64,000 nucleotides of DNA from Ignavibacteria bacterium (GCA_041917655.1 JAYRXC010000024.1:1426-65425), one strand, 5' to 3'; numbered from the stretch's first letter, positions 9,351 through 18,786 are shown. A program made the numbers and translations. The notes: generated by a model not told the origin, from the sequence alone.

Positions 9351-10784
9351 ATGTCTGGAAATGTTCCAATTACAGTAGCATATGGTGATGGTATCGGACC
9401 CGAAATTATGCAGGCAACGCTTGATATTATCCAAGCTGCCGGCGCAAAGCTTGATATTGAAGTTATAGAAATAGGAGAAAAACTCTACAACAAGGGCAAT
9501 GCCGAAGGCATCGAGCCCGCCGCATGGACCTCGCTTCTGAAGACCAAAGTATTCCTTAAAGCTCCAATAACTACCCCGCAGGGCGGCGGATTCAAAAGTC
9601 TGAACGTTGCCACAAGAAAAACTCTCGGCCTCTATGCTAACATCAGGCCCTGCGTTTCATACTCACCTTACATTCAGACCAAACACCCGGTTATGGATGT
9701 TGTAATAATGAGGGAAAACGAAGAGGATCTCTACGCTGGTATTGAGTACAAACAAACCGACCAGGTTATGCAGGGGCTTAAGCTTATTTCCTCACCCGGC
9801 TCTGAAAAAATTATCAGGTATGCATTTGAATATGCCCGCGCCAACAAAAGAAAAAAAGTAACATGCTTCATGAAGGATAACATCATGAAGTTTACCGACG
9901 GCCTTTTCCATAAAATTTTTGATAAGGTTGGCGAAGAGTATCCCGATATTGAGAAGGAAAGCTGGATAGTAGATATCGGCGCCGCAAAGCTGGCTACCGC
10001 TCCCGAAACATTTGATGTTGTTGTAATGGAAAATCTTTACGGCGATATACTTTCAGATGTAACCGCGCAGATGACAGGATCAGTTGGGCTTGCGGGTTCA
10101 GCAAACATCGGCGATAAATGCGCGATGTTCGAAGCTATCCACGGTTCCGCACCGAGGCGCGCAGGTCAGAATTCAGCGAATCCTTCAGGCTTGCTGCTTG
10201 GCGCAGTACTAATGCTTGCGCACATTAACCAGGCTGATATTGCGACAAAGGTTCACAATGCATGGCTCAAAACTCTTGAAGACGGCGTTCATACGTATGA
10301 TATTTTCAGGGATGGGGTAAGCAAAGAAAAAGTCGGCACAAAGGAATTTGCGCAGGCTGTGATTGCAAGACTCGGCCAGGTACCTTCGACTCTCAAGCCT
10401 GTTGAATACCATGATTTCGAAGTGAAGATGCAGCCGCATTATGATTACAGGAATATCACCAAAGCAAAAAAAGAGCTTGTTGGCGTTGATATTTTCCTTC
10501 ACTGGACGGACGGCACAGCAGAAGAGCTTGGCAATAAACTTAAAGATATTGCTGTTGAAGGCCTGAAGCTTACAGCTATCACAAACCGCGGAGTAAAAGT
10601 TTACCCCGGCGGCTTAAAGGAAACTTTCTGTGTTGATCATTGGAGATGCCGTTTCCAGGCTGATGGTTCAACAACACACCAGGCGGTACTTGCACAGCTT
10701 GAAAAATTCAGAACCGAAGGATTTGATTTCATTAAAACCGAAAATCTTTACACCTTCGATGGTGAAAACGGATTTTCTGCTTAA
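9351..10784 (+). CDS. icd: Isocitrate dehydrogenase (isocitrate/isopropylmalate dehydrogenase family) with a C-terminal extension of about 130 aa
   Basis: Motifs: YGDGIGPEI, KAPITTP, SLNVATRKTLGLYANIRP, MRENEEDLYAGIE, MENLYGDILSD, GLAGSANIG, FEAIHGSAP. The core ends near residue 345 and another roughly 130 aa follow. Confidence 0.85.
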   Translation: MSGNVPITVAYGDGIGPEIMQATLDIIQAAGAKLDIEVIEIGEKLYNKGNAEGIEPAAWTSLLKTKVFLKAPITTPQGGGFKSLNVATRKTLGLYANIRPCVSYSPYIQTKHPVMDVVIMRENEEDLYAGIEYKQTDQVMQGLKLISSPGSEKIIRYAFEYARANKRKKVTCFMKDNIMKFTDGLFHKIFDKVGEEYPDIEKESWIVDIGAAKLATAPETFDVVVMENLYGDILSDVTAQMTGSVGLAGSANIGDKCAMFEAIHGSAPRRAGQNSANPSGLLLGAVLMLAHINQADIATKVHNAWLKTLEDGVHTYDIFRDGVSKEKVGTKEFAQAVIARLGQVPSTLKPVEYHDFEVKMQPHYDYRNITKAKKELVGVDIFLHWTDGTAEELGNKLKDIAVEGLKLTAITNRGVKVYPGGLKETFCVDHWRCRFQADGSTTHQAVLAQLEKFRTEGFDFIKTENLYTFDGENGFSA

Positions 10785-10804
10785 ACTAACACAGGCAAGC
10801 AATA

Positions 10805-10845
10805 AAAACGGCTCTTCAATTCTTTTGATGAGCCGTTTTCCTTTT
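10805..10845 (+). terminator. Rho-independent terminator after icd
   Basis: Perfect 10-bp stem aaaacggctc / gagccgtttt with a 15-nt loop, followed by a T-rich tail (ccttttat). Confidence 0.7.
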
Positions 10846-10847
10846 AT

Positions 10848-11285
10848 ATGCGTATAATAATAAAAACAAAAGTAGAGCAGGATTTTAGAAAAGTTTTCCA
10901 AGGCTTTGATATTCACCTGTTTATGAAACTTAAACCGCCTTTGGTAGGTTTAAAGATTGTGAGGTTTGAAGGATGCAAAACAGGTGATAATGTTGAGATC
11001 TTATTGAATTTTTTCGGAGTTAAGCAGCATTGGCATTCGGTAATAACAGAAGATTTTAAAAACGAGGATTCTATTGGATTCATAGATGAGGGGGTGATTC
11101 TCCCGTGGCCTCTTAAGACTTTGCGCCATATCCACAAAATAGAAAAATCTATTGAAAATAGTATAATTATTGATGATATTAGCTATAATACGGGAAATAA
11201 ACTGCTGAATTTTTTGCTGTTTCCGGCGTTTTTTCTCCAATTTTATTATAGAAAACCGGTTTATAAATCCTATTTCCGTAAATAA
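10848..11285 (+). CDS. Hypothetical protein, possibly SRPBCC (START-like) fold
   Basis: 145 aa. The motif 'LPWPLKTLRHIHKIE' resembles the 'PFPLK.W.H.H.F' motif I recall from SRPBCC ligand-binding proteins. This is from memory and not verified. Confidence 0.5.
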   Translation: MRIIIKTKVEQDFRKVFQGFDIHLFMKLKPPLVGLKIVRFEGCKTGDNVEILLNFFGVKQHWHSVITEDFKNEDSIGFIDEGVILPWPLKTLRHIHKIEKSIENSIIIDDISYNTGNKLLNFLLFPAFFLQFYYRKPVYKSYFRK

Positions 11286-11297
11286 CTTAACGTTTTC

Positions 11298-11696
11298 ATG
11301 GTAATTACCTATAGAACGAATGCCGCATTGGAAGCACACCAGCTTTCGGACCTGTTCAGAGCATCGGGCATCAAGAGGCCTGTTGAAGACCTTAACAGGA
11401 TCAAAAAGATGATAGATAATTCGAACCTGGTGGTAACTGCATGGGATGGCGATAAGCTTGTTGGAATTGCACGCGCGCTTTCTGACTACAGTTATTGCTG
11501 CTATCTTTCAGATCTTGCAGTGGATAAAGAATATCAGAAACAGGGAATCGGCCACGAGCTGGTTAATGAAGTTCAGAAGCTGGCCGGCGAAGAATCAAAC
11601 CTCGTGCTGCTTTCAGCCTCAGAGGCAATAGAGTATTATCCTAAAATTGGATTTGATAAGTGCGCTAACGCGTTCATAATACACCGGAAGAAATAA
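11298..11696 (+). CDS. GNAT-family N-acetyltransferase
   Basis: Acetyl-CoA-binding motif 'LAVDKEYQKQGIGHELVNEV' (Q/R-x-x-G-x-G/A). Confidence 0.85.
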   Translation: MVITYRTNAALEAHQLSDLFRASGIKRPVEDLNRIKKMIDNSNLVVTAWDGDKLVGIARALSDYSYCCYLSDLAVDKEYQKQGIGHELVNEVQKLAGEESNLVLLSASEAIEYYPKIGFDKCANAFIIHRKK

Positions 11697-11733
11697 CAGC
11701 AGCCGGTTTATACTTTCTGCTTCACCCCAAAAC

Positions 11734-12375
11734 ATGACCGAAAAAGAAATCCAGGACCTCAGAAGGCAATATACAAAAAGCACCCTTTCGGTAAAAAATG
11801 TCAGCAAAGATCCGTTCAAACAGTTTGATAAATGGTTTACCGAAGTAATGAACTCCGGTTTCCTTGAACCCAATGCAATGACGGTTGCTACCGCAACACG
11901 CACGGGCAGACCTTCCGCAAGAGTGGTTTTACTAAAAGGATTTGATGAAAGAGGATTTGTTTTTTATACCAATTACAAGAGCAAGAAAGGGAAAGAACTT
12001 GAGGAAAATCCGTTTGCAAGCTTGCTTTTTTTCTGGGATAAGCTTGAACGGCAGATAAGGATAGAAGGAAAAGTAGAAAAAGTAACCAAACAGGAAAGCA
12101 CTGATTATTTTAACACGCGTCCGTACAAAAGCAAGGTTGGTGCATGGGCATCAAAGCAAAGCAGCGTTATTGATGACCGTTCAGTAATAGTAAGTGAGTT
12201 CTTGAAGTATATGGTAAAATTCCGCACGCATGTGCCGCTGCCGGAAGTTTGGGGCGGGTACAGACTGGTACCGGAATCTTTTGAGTTTTGGCAAGGCAGG
12301 CCTAACAGGCTTCACGACAGGATAAGGTACACGCTGAGCAAAAAACAGTGGAAGATCGAACGGCTTGCGCCGTAA
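11734..12375 (+). CDS. pdxH: Pyridoxamine 5'-phosphate oxidase
   Basis: Motifs: EPNAMTVATA...GRPSARVVLLKGFDERGFVFYTNY.SKKG.EL, WGGYRLVPESFEFWQGRPNRLHDRIRY, and a C-terminal 'ERLAP'. Confidence 0.95.
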   Translation: MTEKEIQDLRRQYTKSTLSVKNVSKDPFKQFDKWFTEVMNSGFLEPNAMTVATATRTGRPSARVVLLKGFDERGFVFYTNYKSKKGKELEENPFASLLFFWDKLERQIRIEGKVEKVTKQESTDYFNTRPYKSKVGAWASKQSSVIDDRSVIVSEFLKYMVKFRTHVPLPEVWGGYRLVPESFEFWQGRPNRLHDRIRYTLSKKQWKIERLAP

Positions 12376-12389
12376 ATGTTACATTTATT

Positions 12390-13835
12390 CTATGGCAGCG
12401 AGTCAAACAGCTTCTGCGCTTCTTCTATTACCCATGATTTGTAGGCGAAGTATTCATCCTTTTCAAGGTCTTCCAAAACACCGGCAAGCGCATTTTTATC
12501 AGACTTATACCTGATATTGTTCAGCTGGTTGGTATACCTGATAAACTTGAAATACTGCTCTTTCCTTATATCTGCAATATACTTATTGTTCTGCACTGTT
12601 TTTTTGAAAGTATCCAGAAGCGATTGCAGCGGTATGTTCCACACAAGCACGTAGTAAATCCTGCATTGCAGAAGCCTTATATCCATCTTCAGGTAAACCT
12701 CTTCGGCTTTGGTCTTTGCAAGGTACTCCAGAGCCTTCTCATGATTCCCCCTTTCATACTCAAGGTATGACATTGAATAGTAATAATACTGCTCCCTTGT
12801 TGATTCTTCCAGTTCACTTTTATATTTGTTTATGAATTCAAGCGCAATGTCAAATTCTTTTAGCCTGCATCCGTTGACAACATAGCTGGTATAGAAGGAG
12901 TTTGGCATATTGCCGTGAAGCACATAAGTGCCTTTGGCAAGTTCAAGGTCGTAAACATCAAGCGATTCCCTCACAAACTTCGATTTACCTTTCCTGGACA
13001 TTCTTACGCTGTAGTTTTCCAGATTGATGTACAGATCGCCGATTGCCTGCCCGATCTGGTTTTCATGTTTAACCACGAGCTCCTTCAGCTTGAAGTAGTT
13101 TTCCTCATCATCCGGTGTTAAAAACAGCATGATAACACGGTAGTAGATCACAATCATCGGAACACTTTCAAACTGCTCAACACTGAAATTCTTCAGCATC
13201 TGCTCAAATACCGAAGTATCTGCCTTCACATTATACAGGTAATTTGTGTTCAGCGTAATAGCGTAGTACTTCAAAACACTGATGAGGTAATAATGCGTAA
13301 TGTTATCTGAAAACAGGTGCAGATTCTCGCTGGTTAGATACTTTTCGTATTTACCAAGATACAGTTCCGCAAGATAGCTGAGTTTATGTTCGGCAAATAT
13401 ATATTTGTACATGTAGTAAGAGCCATCCCTGGTATTTTGTTCGTCCAGCTTTTTATAGGCGGCTTCGACTGTTTTTTCAAAGTCCTTATACAGCCTTCTG
13501 GCATGAAGCTCTTCGAGCAATATGCCCTGGAACCGCAGCTCGTCTGAAGTAAACCTGTCATAAGCTATGAATTTTTCCACCAGTTCATAAAGATAGTACA
13601 TCAGAAGCCTGAGAGTACTATCTTTATATGGTTTACCCGGGAATATCCTTGCGAATATTTTTTCCTTCTCAACCCTGCCTGCTTCAAACGCCGGATAACT
13701 TTTCCTGATCTGTTCGAAGAGCTTAATAACATTAACATTCTTGTTAAAGAATGGAGAAGACACGAATTCACCGAATTCCTTCATCTCTTTAGGCGTGAAT
13801 GTTTTAAATGCCTCAACTAAACTGCTTTTGTTCAA
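12390..13835 (-). CDS. Uncharacterised helical (TPR-like) protein, paralogue 2 of 3
   Basis: N-terminus 'FTPKEMKEFGEFVSSPFFNKNVNVIKLFEQIRKSYPAF' is nearly identical in pattern to the upstream paralogue. Overlaps that paralogue's stop by 4 nt. Confidence 0.75.
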   Translation of the reverse strand: MNKSSLVEAFKTFTPKEMKEFGEFVSSPFFNKNVNVIKLFEQIRKSYPAFEAGRVEKEKIFARIFPGKPYKDSTLRLLMYYLYELVEKFIAYDRFTSDELRFQGILLEELHARRLYKDFEKTVEAAYKKLDEQNTRDGSYYMYKYIFAEHKLSYLAELYLGKYEKYLTSENLHLFSDNITHYYLISVLKYYAITLNTNYLYNVKADTSVFEQMLKNFSVEQFESVPMIVIYYRVIMLFLTPDDEENYFKLKELVVKHENQIGQAIGDLYINLENYSVRMSRKGKSKFVRESLDVYDLELAKGTYVLHGNMPNSFYTSYVVNGCRLKEFDIALEFINKYKSELEESTREQYYYYSMSYLEYERGNHEKALEYLAKTKAEEVYLKMDIRLLQCRIYYVLVWNIPLQSLLDTFKKTVQNNKYIADIRKEQYFKFIRYTNQLNNIRYKSDKNALAGVLEDLEKDEYFAYKSWVIEEAQKLFDSLP

Positions 13836-15292
13836 TTTAAACTAAACTCCCTGGCCTTTTCAAGCAGCCAGCTCTTTTCAATTGTATTATTTGTTTCTTC
13901 AAGCTCTGATATAAGCTTTGGTAATTCGTTCCGGGAGTCTTTTTCCCTGAATTTAACAAGCTTTGCAAAGAATTTCAGGAAATTGACAACTCTTTCGTGC
14001 CTGATCAATGAAAGTGAATCCTTGTTATTGTTCAGGAAATGCCTGTATGAGTCAATATTATAAACAGCCTGTGCAAGCATACCAAGCTCGTATGTAACCA
14101 TAAGAGTAAGATTCCTCACAGGTATCTTGTATTGTATATGTCTTATAGTTTTGATACCGTTTAGGTGCTTCAGCGCGTCTTCAAACCTGCCCCTGGCAAA
14201 TGAAAGCCTGGCAAGCGAAAATCCGAAAACAACATCCCTGTTATCCGGCGAGATCTTTTCCGAATAGTTGTTTATGAATTCTTCTGTCCAATCATACTGT
14301 TTGGAAGCAATTGCCGTTATAACGATGTTACCGAACATCAGGTCATCAAAATAAATATGCTCGGTTGCTGCGTAGAGCTTCTGTGCTATACATATCCTGT
14401 AAAGTTCAAGCCTTTCTTCCGCCTGCCCCGGTACGCCGTTAAAAGATCTTTCGATGAGGTAACTCTGGAGGATGTTATGCAGGCTGTACCTGTCGCTGTG
14501 GCTAAGATAGTTTTCTCCGGTAACCAGGATTTCCTTAAGCACTTCATAATCTTCGGTCTTTTTCTGTTTTATCAGCAGCACTTCATGCAGGTGCAGTCTT
14601 ATCTTTATCTTATTTTTGAAATGATCATCCCTGTTAAGAAGATAATCAAGTATATGGTCTGTTAATGAGCTGTCAAACTGTATCTGCTCGTACTGTTCTT
14701 TATCGAGTATGAACCGGTAATGGTTCAGCATTTTAGCCAGGTAGAAACTGGTTAGTTCATCATCGATATATGATATCGTTTTCTCGGAATAGTTCTTAAA
14801 GTCTTTTTGTTTAAACTTGCTCCAGTCAAGATAGATCTCCTTCTGTTCTTCCAGTTCGTACTTTTTGAAAAAGTACTCTGTATCGTGATACAGGATAGAA
14901 TTAATATCTTCTTCGATCTCTGAGTAATACTTAAGGAATACTTTTTCAAGCTTTCGTTCATTGAGCTCTTTCAGAAGATTTATTCCCCGGTTAAGATCAT
15001 CTTTTCTGAAATTTATGTAAGCCAGGTAGTCTTCAGCAAGCTTTCCAAGATTAAAGGTTACAGTTCTCATGAAACCGTCGTTATACGGTTTCCCTTTGAA
15101 GAGCCGCGAATAAACATGTTCTTTTTCGAGCTTTGGCCCTTTAAATTCCGGGTAATGTTTCTTAAGATAATCATAAAGCGAGATAACATTTTCATTCTTA
15201 TTAAAGAACGGGGACCTGACAAATTCGCCAAACTCCTTAAACTCTTTAACCGAAAACTTACTGAGCATATTTAGGAGCGTTGCACTTATCAT
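13832..15292 (-). CDS. Uncharacterised helical (TPR-like) protein, paralogue 3 of 3
   Basis: N-terminus 'FSVKEFKEFGEFVRSPFFNKNENVISLYDYLKKHYPEF'. I prefer the ATG at 15292 (MISATLLNML...) over the longer ORF start at 15382, by alignment with the paralogues. Confidence 0.75.
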   Translation of the reverse strand: MISATLLNMLSKFSVKEFKEFGEFVRSPFFNKNENVISLYDYLKKHYPEFKGPKLEKEHVYSRLFKGKPYNDGFMRTVTFNLGKLAEDYLAYINFRKDDLNRGINLLKELNERKLEKVFLKYYSEIEEDINSILYHDTEYFFKKYELEEQKEIYLDWSKFKQKDFKNYSEKTISYIDDELTSFYLAKMLNHYRFILDKEQYEQIQFDSSLTDHILDYLLNRDDHFKNKIKIRLHLHEVLLIKQKKTEDYEVLKEILVTGENYLSHSDRYSLHNILQSYLIERSFNGVPGQAEERLELYRICIAQKLYAATEHIYFDDLMFGNIVITAIASKQYDWTEEFINNYSEKISPDNRDVVFGFSLARLSFARGRFEDALKHLNGIKTIRHIQYKIPVRNLTLMVTYELGMLAQAVYNIDSYRHFLNNNKDSLSLIRHERVVNFLKFFAKLVKFREKDSRNELPKLISELEETNNTIEKSWLLEKAREFSLN

Positions 15293-15800
15293 TTGTTTTT
15301 TGGCGAATTTAGCCGCAATATATAGTACTTTTGAGGCATATAAAACACAAATGTTTTGTCCGAAAAAGTGCATTTGCCGCACATTTTCGGCACTTTTTAT
15401 AATCAGTTAAAATGTTTACCCAAAAAGTGTTTCCAAATTAGTAAGTTCTCTTGAAACATTTTGTTTGGTTTTTAAAACAAGCTGGTTCTGCGATTACAGA
15501 TTTTCTTCAAAAAAAGCCTAATATCAAAGAAATGTCAAAATATTTACAATTTAAACTGAAACAAAACCAATTTTCTTTCAAAACTCTTCATTCCAAAACT
15601 TCAATTTAAAAATTTCCACCTTTAAGAACATATTTTACAAATATTTAATGTTCGTCATTTCGGATTTCACTATGTCTGATTCAAACAACAAATAAACATC
15701 TATTGATTCATTTCTTTGTTTGAAGAATACCTCTGTACTATTTTTGTATCAAGTTAATAATTCAACAAAAAAACAAAACAAACAGAAAGGAATTACCAAA

Positions 15801-16211
15801 ATGTTCGGATTCGGAAAAAAGATCGAAAAAGACCCCAAGAAAGCAATCGAAAATGCTGATAAAGCAATCAATTCCGGGGTATCAGGGTTTCTTACAAAAA
15901 CATTCATGGGTCAGGATTTTGTTGACCAGACAAATGCCAGCCTCAACATGGCAAAGAACTATACCGATACAAGCAATCTTGCTCAAACCGGTATGGGCGG
16001 CACCGCAGAAGTTCTGAGCATTGCAGATACAGGCGCGTTGATAAACTACAATCCCGTAGTTAAAATGAAGCTCAATATCACACCGCAGTTCGGTCCCGCT
16101 TTCCAGGCAGATGTTGAAACAACAGTTTCAAAGATCGCAATTCCAAGGGTTGGCGATAAGATCAACATAAAGTATAATCCTGCGAACACATCACAGGTTC
16201 TGATCATATAA
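15801..16211 (+). CDS. Hypothetical small protein (136 aa)
   Basis: The ATG at 15801 is preceded by 'aaagg'. The listed ORF start (15720) is a TTG in AT-rich DNA. The C-terminal half is beta-rich (GTAEVLSIADTG..NYNPVVKMKLNITP...IPRVGDKINIKYNP). Confidence 0.6.
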   Translation: MFGFGKKIEKDPKKAIENADKAINSGVSGFLTKTFMGQDFVDQTNASLNMAKNYTDTSNLAQTGMGGTAEVLSIADTGALINYNPVVKMKLNITPQFGPAFQADVETTVSKIAIPRVGDKINIKYNPANTSQVLII

Positions 16212-16273
16212 TCTTCACATCAACTAACAGGGTAAAACAAAAAGGATAAACAATACAGGAGGAATTCACAAAA

Positions 16274-16681
16274 ATGAGATTCACAAAAGCATTAATGGCA
16301 TTGGCAGTAATAATGATGGTATTTTCCGGCTGCGGAAGGATCAAACAGATCCAGCAGATAACAGATAAATTCTCGGGAGACCGTCTGTATTTCTGCGAGA
16401 GATACGTTACTAAAGAGATCGGCGAAGATACAAAATTCAAAGCCGGCAAGATCACAGTTATGGTTAAGCTGCAGAACCCCATCGGGGAAAAGGAAGTGGA
16501 TATCAACGTAACAGACGCCGCTACCGGCAAAGCCGTTGAAACATTCCCCTTCACTGTACAGCCGAGCTGGGATTATATCCACTTTGATGATGTTGAGTTC
16601 AAAGATAAGGGCAAGTACAAAGTGAGCTGCTTAAAGAAAAACGGCGATGTAATCGCTACAGGAGAAGTAGAGATCATATAA
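16274..16681 (+). CDS. Small lipoprotein (paralogue of 33329..33733)
   Basis: Lipobox signal (MALAVIMMVFSGC). Shares 'LYFCE.Y', 'G.(I/V)TVMVK', 'YI.F' and a C-terminal 'VE.I' with the protein at 33329..33733. Confidence 0.7.
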   Translation: MRFTKALMALAVIMMVFSGCGRIKQIQQITDKFSGDRLYFCERYVTKEIGEDTKFKAGKITVMVKLQNPIGEKEVDINVTDAATGKAVETFPFTVQPSWDYIHFDDVEFKDKGKYKVSCLKKNGDVIATGEVEII

Positions 16682-16780
16682 TCCGAACAGGTGATCCATT
16701 CAAGATACAGCCCGGCGGGAGGCAGCCTGCCGGGCATGTATCAAAAGGTACCTTGCATGCCTTTCGTAGGTAATAAACAA

Positions 16781-17026
16781 ATGAATAAAGTGAACAAGAT
16801 AAGCCTTGAAGTATATGCTGAATTATGCGCAAAGCTTGACGGGCAAATGGAAGATAACGAAGAATGCTTAAGGGTTGCTGAAGAATCCGGTTACAGCAGG
16901 TCTGAATGGAATTCAGCCCACTCAAAGTGGCAGGAGAAAATAACAGATCCCGCCGATATGGGGAAAACCGCATCCAGATTTATGCACTTCTGGACTGAAG
17001 CAAAACATAAGCTGGATAAGAGATGA
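16781..17026 (+). CDS. Hypothetical small protein (81 aa), shares a domain with 17129..17602
   Basis: I prefer the ATG at 16781. 'ISLEVYAELCAKL...SEWNSAHSKWQEKITDP' parallels 'ISLKRYAELIAST...DSWQPVKDGWNAKIFEP' in the next gene. Confidence 0.5.
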   Translation: MNKVNKISLEVYAELCAKLDGQMEDNEECLRVAEESGYSRSEWNSAHSKWQEKITDPADMGKTASRFMHFWTEAKHKLDKR

Positions 17027-17128
17027 CACTCTGCTGAAAACTCATTTTAAGAACCCTCATCAACTTAAGTGAGTAATGTACGTAAACGAGATATAATTAA
17101 ACACAAATACAGGGAAACAACTTTGAGT

Positions 17129-17602
17129 ATGCAGGAAATTAACGGAATAAGCCTCAAAAGATACGCGGAGCTCATCGCCTCAACCACCGACACTGTAACT
17201 GAAGATGAATTCTGGGCAGCGCTGGAAAAGGAAGGAATGAACAAGGATTCATGGCAGCCGGTTAAAGATGGCTGGAATGCAAAGATTTTTGAACCGGAAA
17301 ACTACCTGACTCTGGCACAGGATTACAACAACTACCTGGAAGAAGCTATCGAAAAGAAAAACGGCGGAAAACCGCCCTGCACATTGGAGCAGTTTGCGGA
17401 TCTAAATGCCCAATTCTATTACAGGAAGGATCCGGATAAAAACAATGAGCAGATGGAATACTCCAGAATACTTGAAGTGAACGGCCTGGCACCGCTTAAA
17501 TGGACAGAATACTCAGGCTACTGGGCCCCGAAAACAGCGAGGGATGAATATTCTCAGAAATATTTCGATCTTCTGAACCAAGCCTCCGCAAAATATATGT
17601 AA
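17129..17602 (+). CDS. Hypothetical protein (157 aa), N-terminal domain paralogous to 16781..17026
   Basis: I prefer the ATG at 17129 (MQEINGISLKRYAEL...). The listed ORF starts at a GTG at 17069. Confidence 0.55.
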   Translation: MQEINGISLKRYAELIASTTDTVTEDEFWAALEKEGMNKDSWQPVKDGWNAKIFEPENYLTLAQDYNNYLEEAIEKKNGGKPPCTLEQFADLNAQFYYRKDPDKNNEQMEYSRILEVNGLAPLKWTEYSGYWAPKTARDEYSQKYFDLLNQASAKYM

Positions 17603-17687
17603 GCGGTTATTGTTTACGAAAACAAAAAGGATGCAAATAAAAAGTTTATAATCGTAAGATTATATCATTAAGAAACACCCCCCCAAA

Positions 17688-17718
17688 TTGCCGCGGATAA
17701 ATGTCTGCGGCATTTTTA
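17688..17718 (+). terminator. Putative rho-independent terminator
   Basis: Stem tgccgc / gcggca with a 12-nt loop, followed by tttttatt. Confidence 0.45.
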
Positions 17719-17836
17719 TTAATTTTTGGCCACAAAAAGAACAAAATTTCCGGATCAAAACCGGCGGAATCTGTAAACCATTTCACCGGGTTTAACATCT
17801 TATAATAAAGGAAATAGTTAATTAAAAGGGTAAAAC

Positions 17837-18730
17837 ATGAAATTTACAGGAATTTGGGCGCTTGCCCTGCTAACCTCAATTTTTATGACAAAAACGATTA
17901 CAGCAGATGATGCAAGGCTTCTGTTCGAAAAAACTCTGGCAACAGAACCCGGGAAGGACTTAACCACAAGCCTGATTGCAGGCAGCGTGACGGTTTCTTC
18001 GTGGAGCAATAATGAAGTTAGCGTGAAGGTTTACGGAAATGATGAAGCCGAAGAAAAGATAATATTCACCGCAGAAAATACTTCTGCCGGAGTAAAAGTT
18101 GAAGGCAAACAAAAAGATAAACGCAATATGAAGAACCTTACTATCAGGGTAGAGATCATTGTGCCATCAAGCTATAACATCGCGCTCAACAGTTCGGGAG
18201 GTTCATTTACTATAAAGGATGTTTCAGGTAAGATAGTAACCAATTCGTCCGGCGGAAGTATATCGATCGATAACACTGTTGGAAATCTGGAAGCATATAC
18301 AGCAGGAGGCAATGTTAAAATTGAGGGTTCTGTAGGTGATATTAAGGTATCAACTTCAGGAGGAAGCATTTCGATAAATGGATACAAAGGAAATGTCGAT
18401 GCATCTACTGCAGGCGGCGATATTCAACTTGATGGCGGCGAAGGAAAAATTGACGCTTCGACTGCAGGCGGGAATATAAGGCTTAACTATACCGGTAAAA
18501 ATTATGGTATCTATATGAGCACGCTTGGCGGGAATATCACTGCAACCCTGCCGGCGGATTTCGATGCCGATGCCGATATTGGCACATTGGCAGGAAAGAT
18601 ATCATGTGAATTTGCCAAAGTTGAAAAGAAGAATATTATCTCATCATACATCAATACCAAGTTCAATAACGGCGGTGCAATTTTCAAATGCACCACTTCC
18701 GCAGGCAATATAGTTGTAACAAAGAAATAA
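17837..18730 (+). CDS. Secreted beta-helix repeat protein (DUF4097 / 'toastrack' putative adhesin-like)
   Basis: Signal peptide, then tandem degenerate repeats: 'SSGGSFTI', 'SSGGSISI', 'TAGGNVKI', 'TSGGSISI', 'TAGGDIQL', 'TAGGNIRL', 'TLGGNITA', 'SAGNIVV'. Confidence 0.75.
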   Translation: MKFTGIWALALLTSIFMTKTITADDARLLFEKTLATEPGKDLTTSLIAGSVTVSSWSNNEVSVKVYGNDEAEEKIIFTAENTSAGVKVEGKQKDKRNMKNLTIRVEIIVPSSYNIALNSSGGSFTIKDVSGKIVTNSSGGSISIDNTVGNLEAYTAGGNVKIEGSVGDIKVSTSGGSISINGYKGNVDASTAGGDIQLDGGEGKIDASTAGGNIRLNYTGKNYGIYMSTLGGNITATLPADFDADADIGTLAGKISCEFAKVEKKNIISSYINTKFNNGGAIFKCTTSAGNIVVTKK

Positions 18731-18786
18731 CCGCAACAGATTTTCGCATTCGGAAGAAGCAGCAAACAAAAGGAAGAGAAATAAGC

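Noticed and set aside
10630-10916. Short ORFs overlapping the icd 3' end and terminator (10630..10857 +, 10668..10916 -)
   Set aside because: They run across the icd terminator hairpin and overlap better-supported genes.
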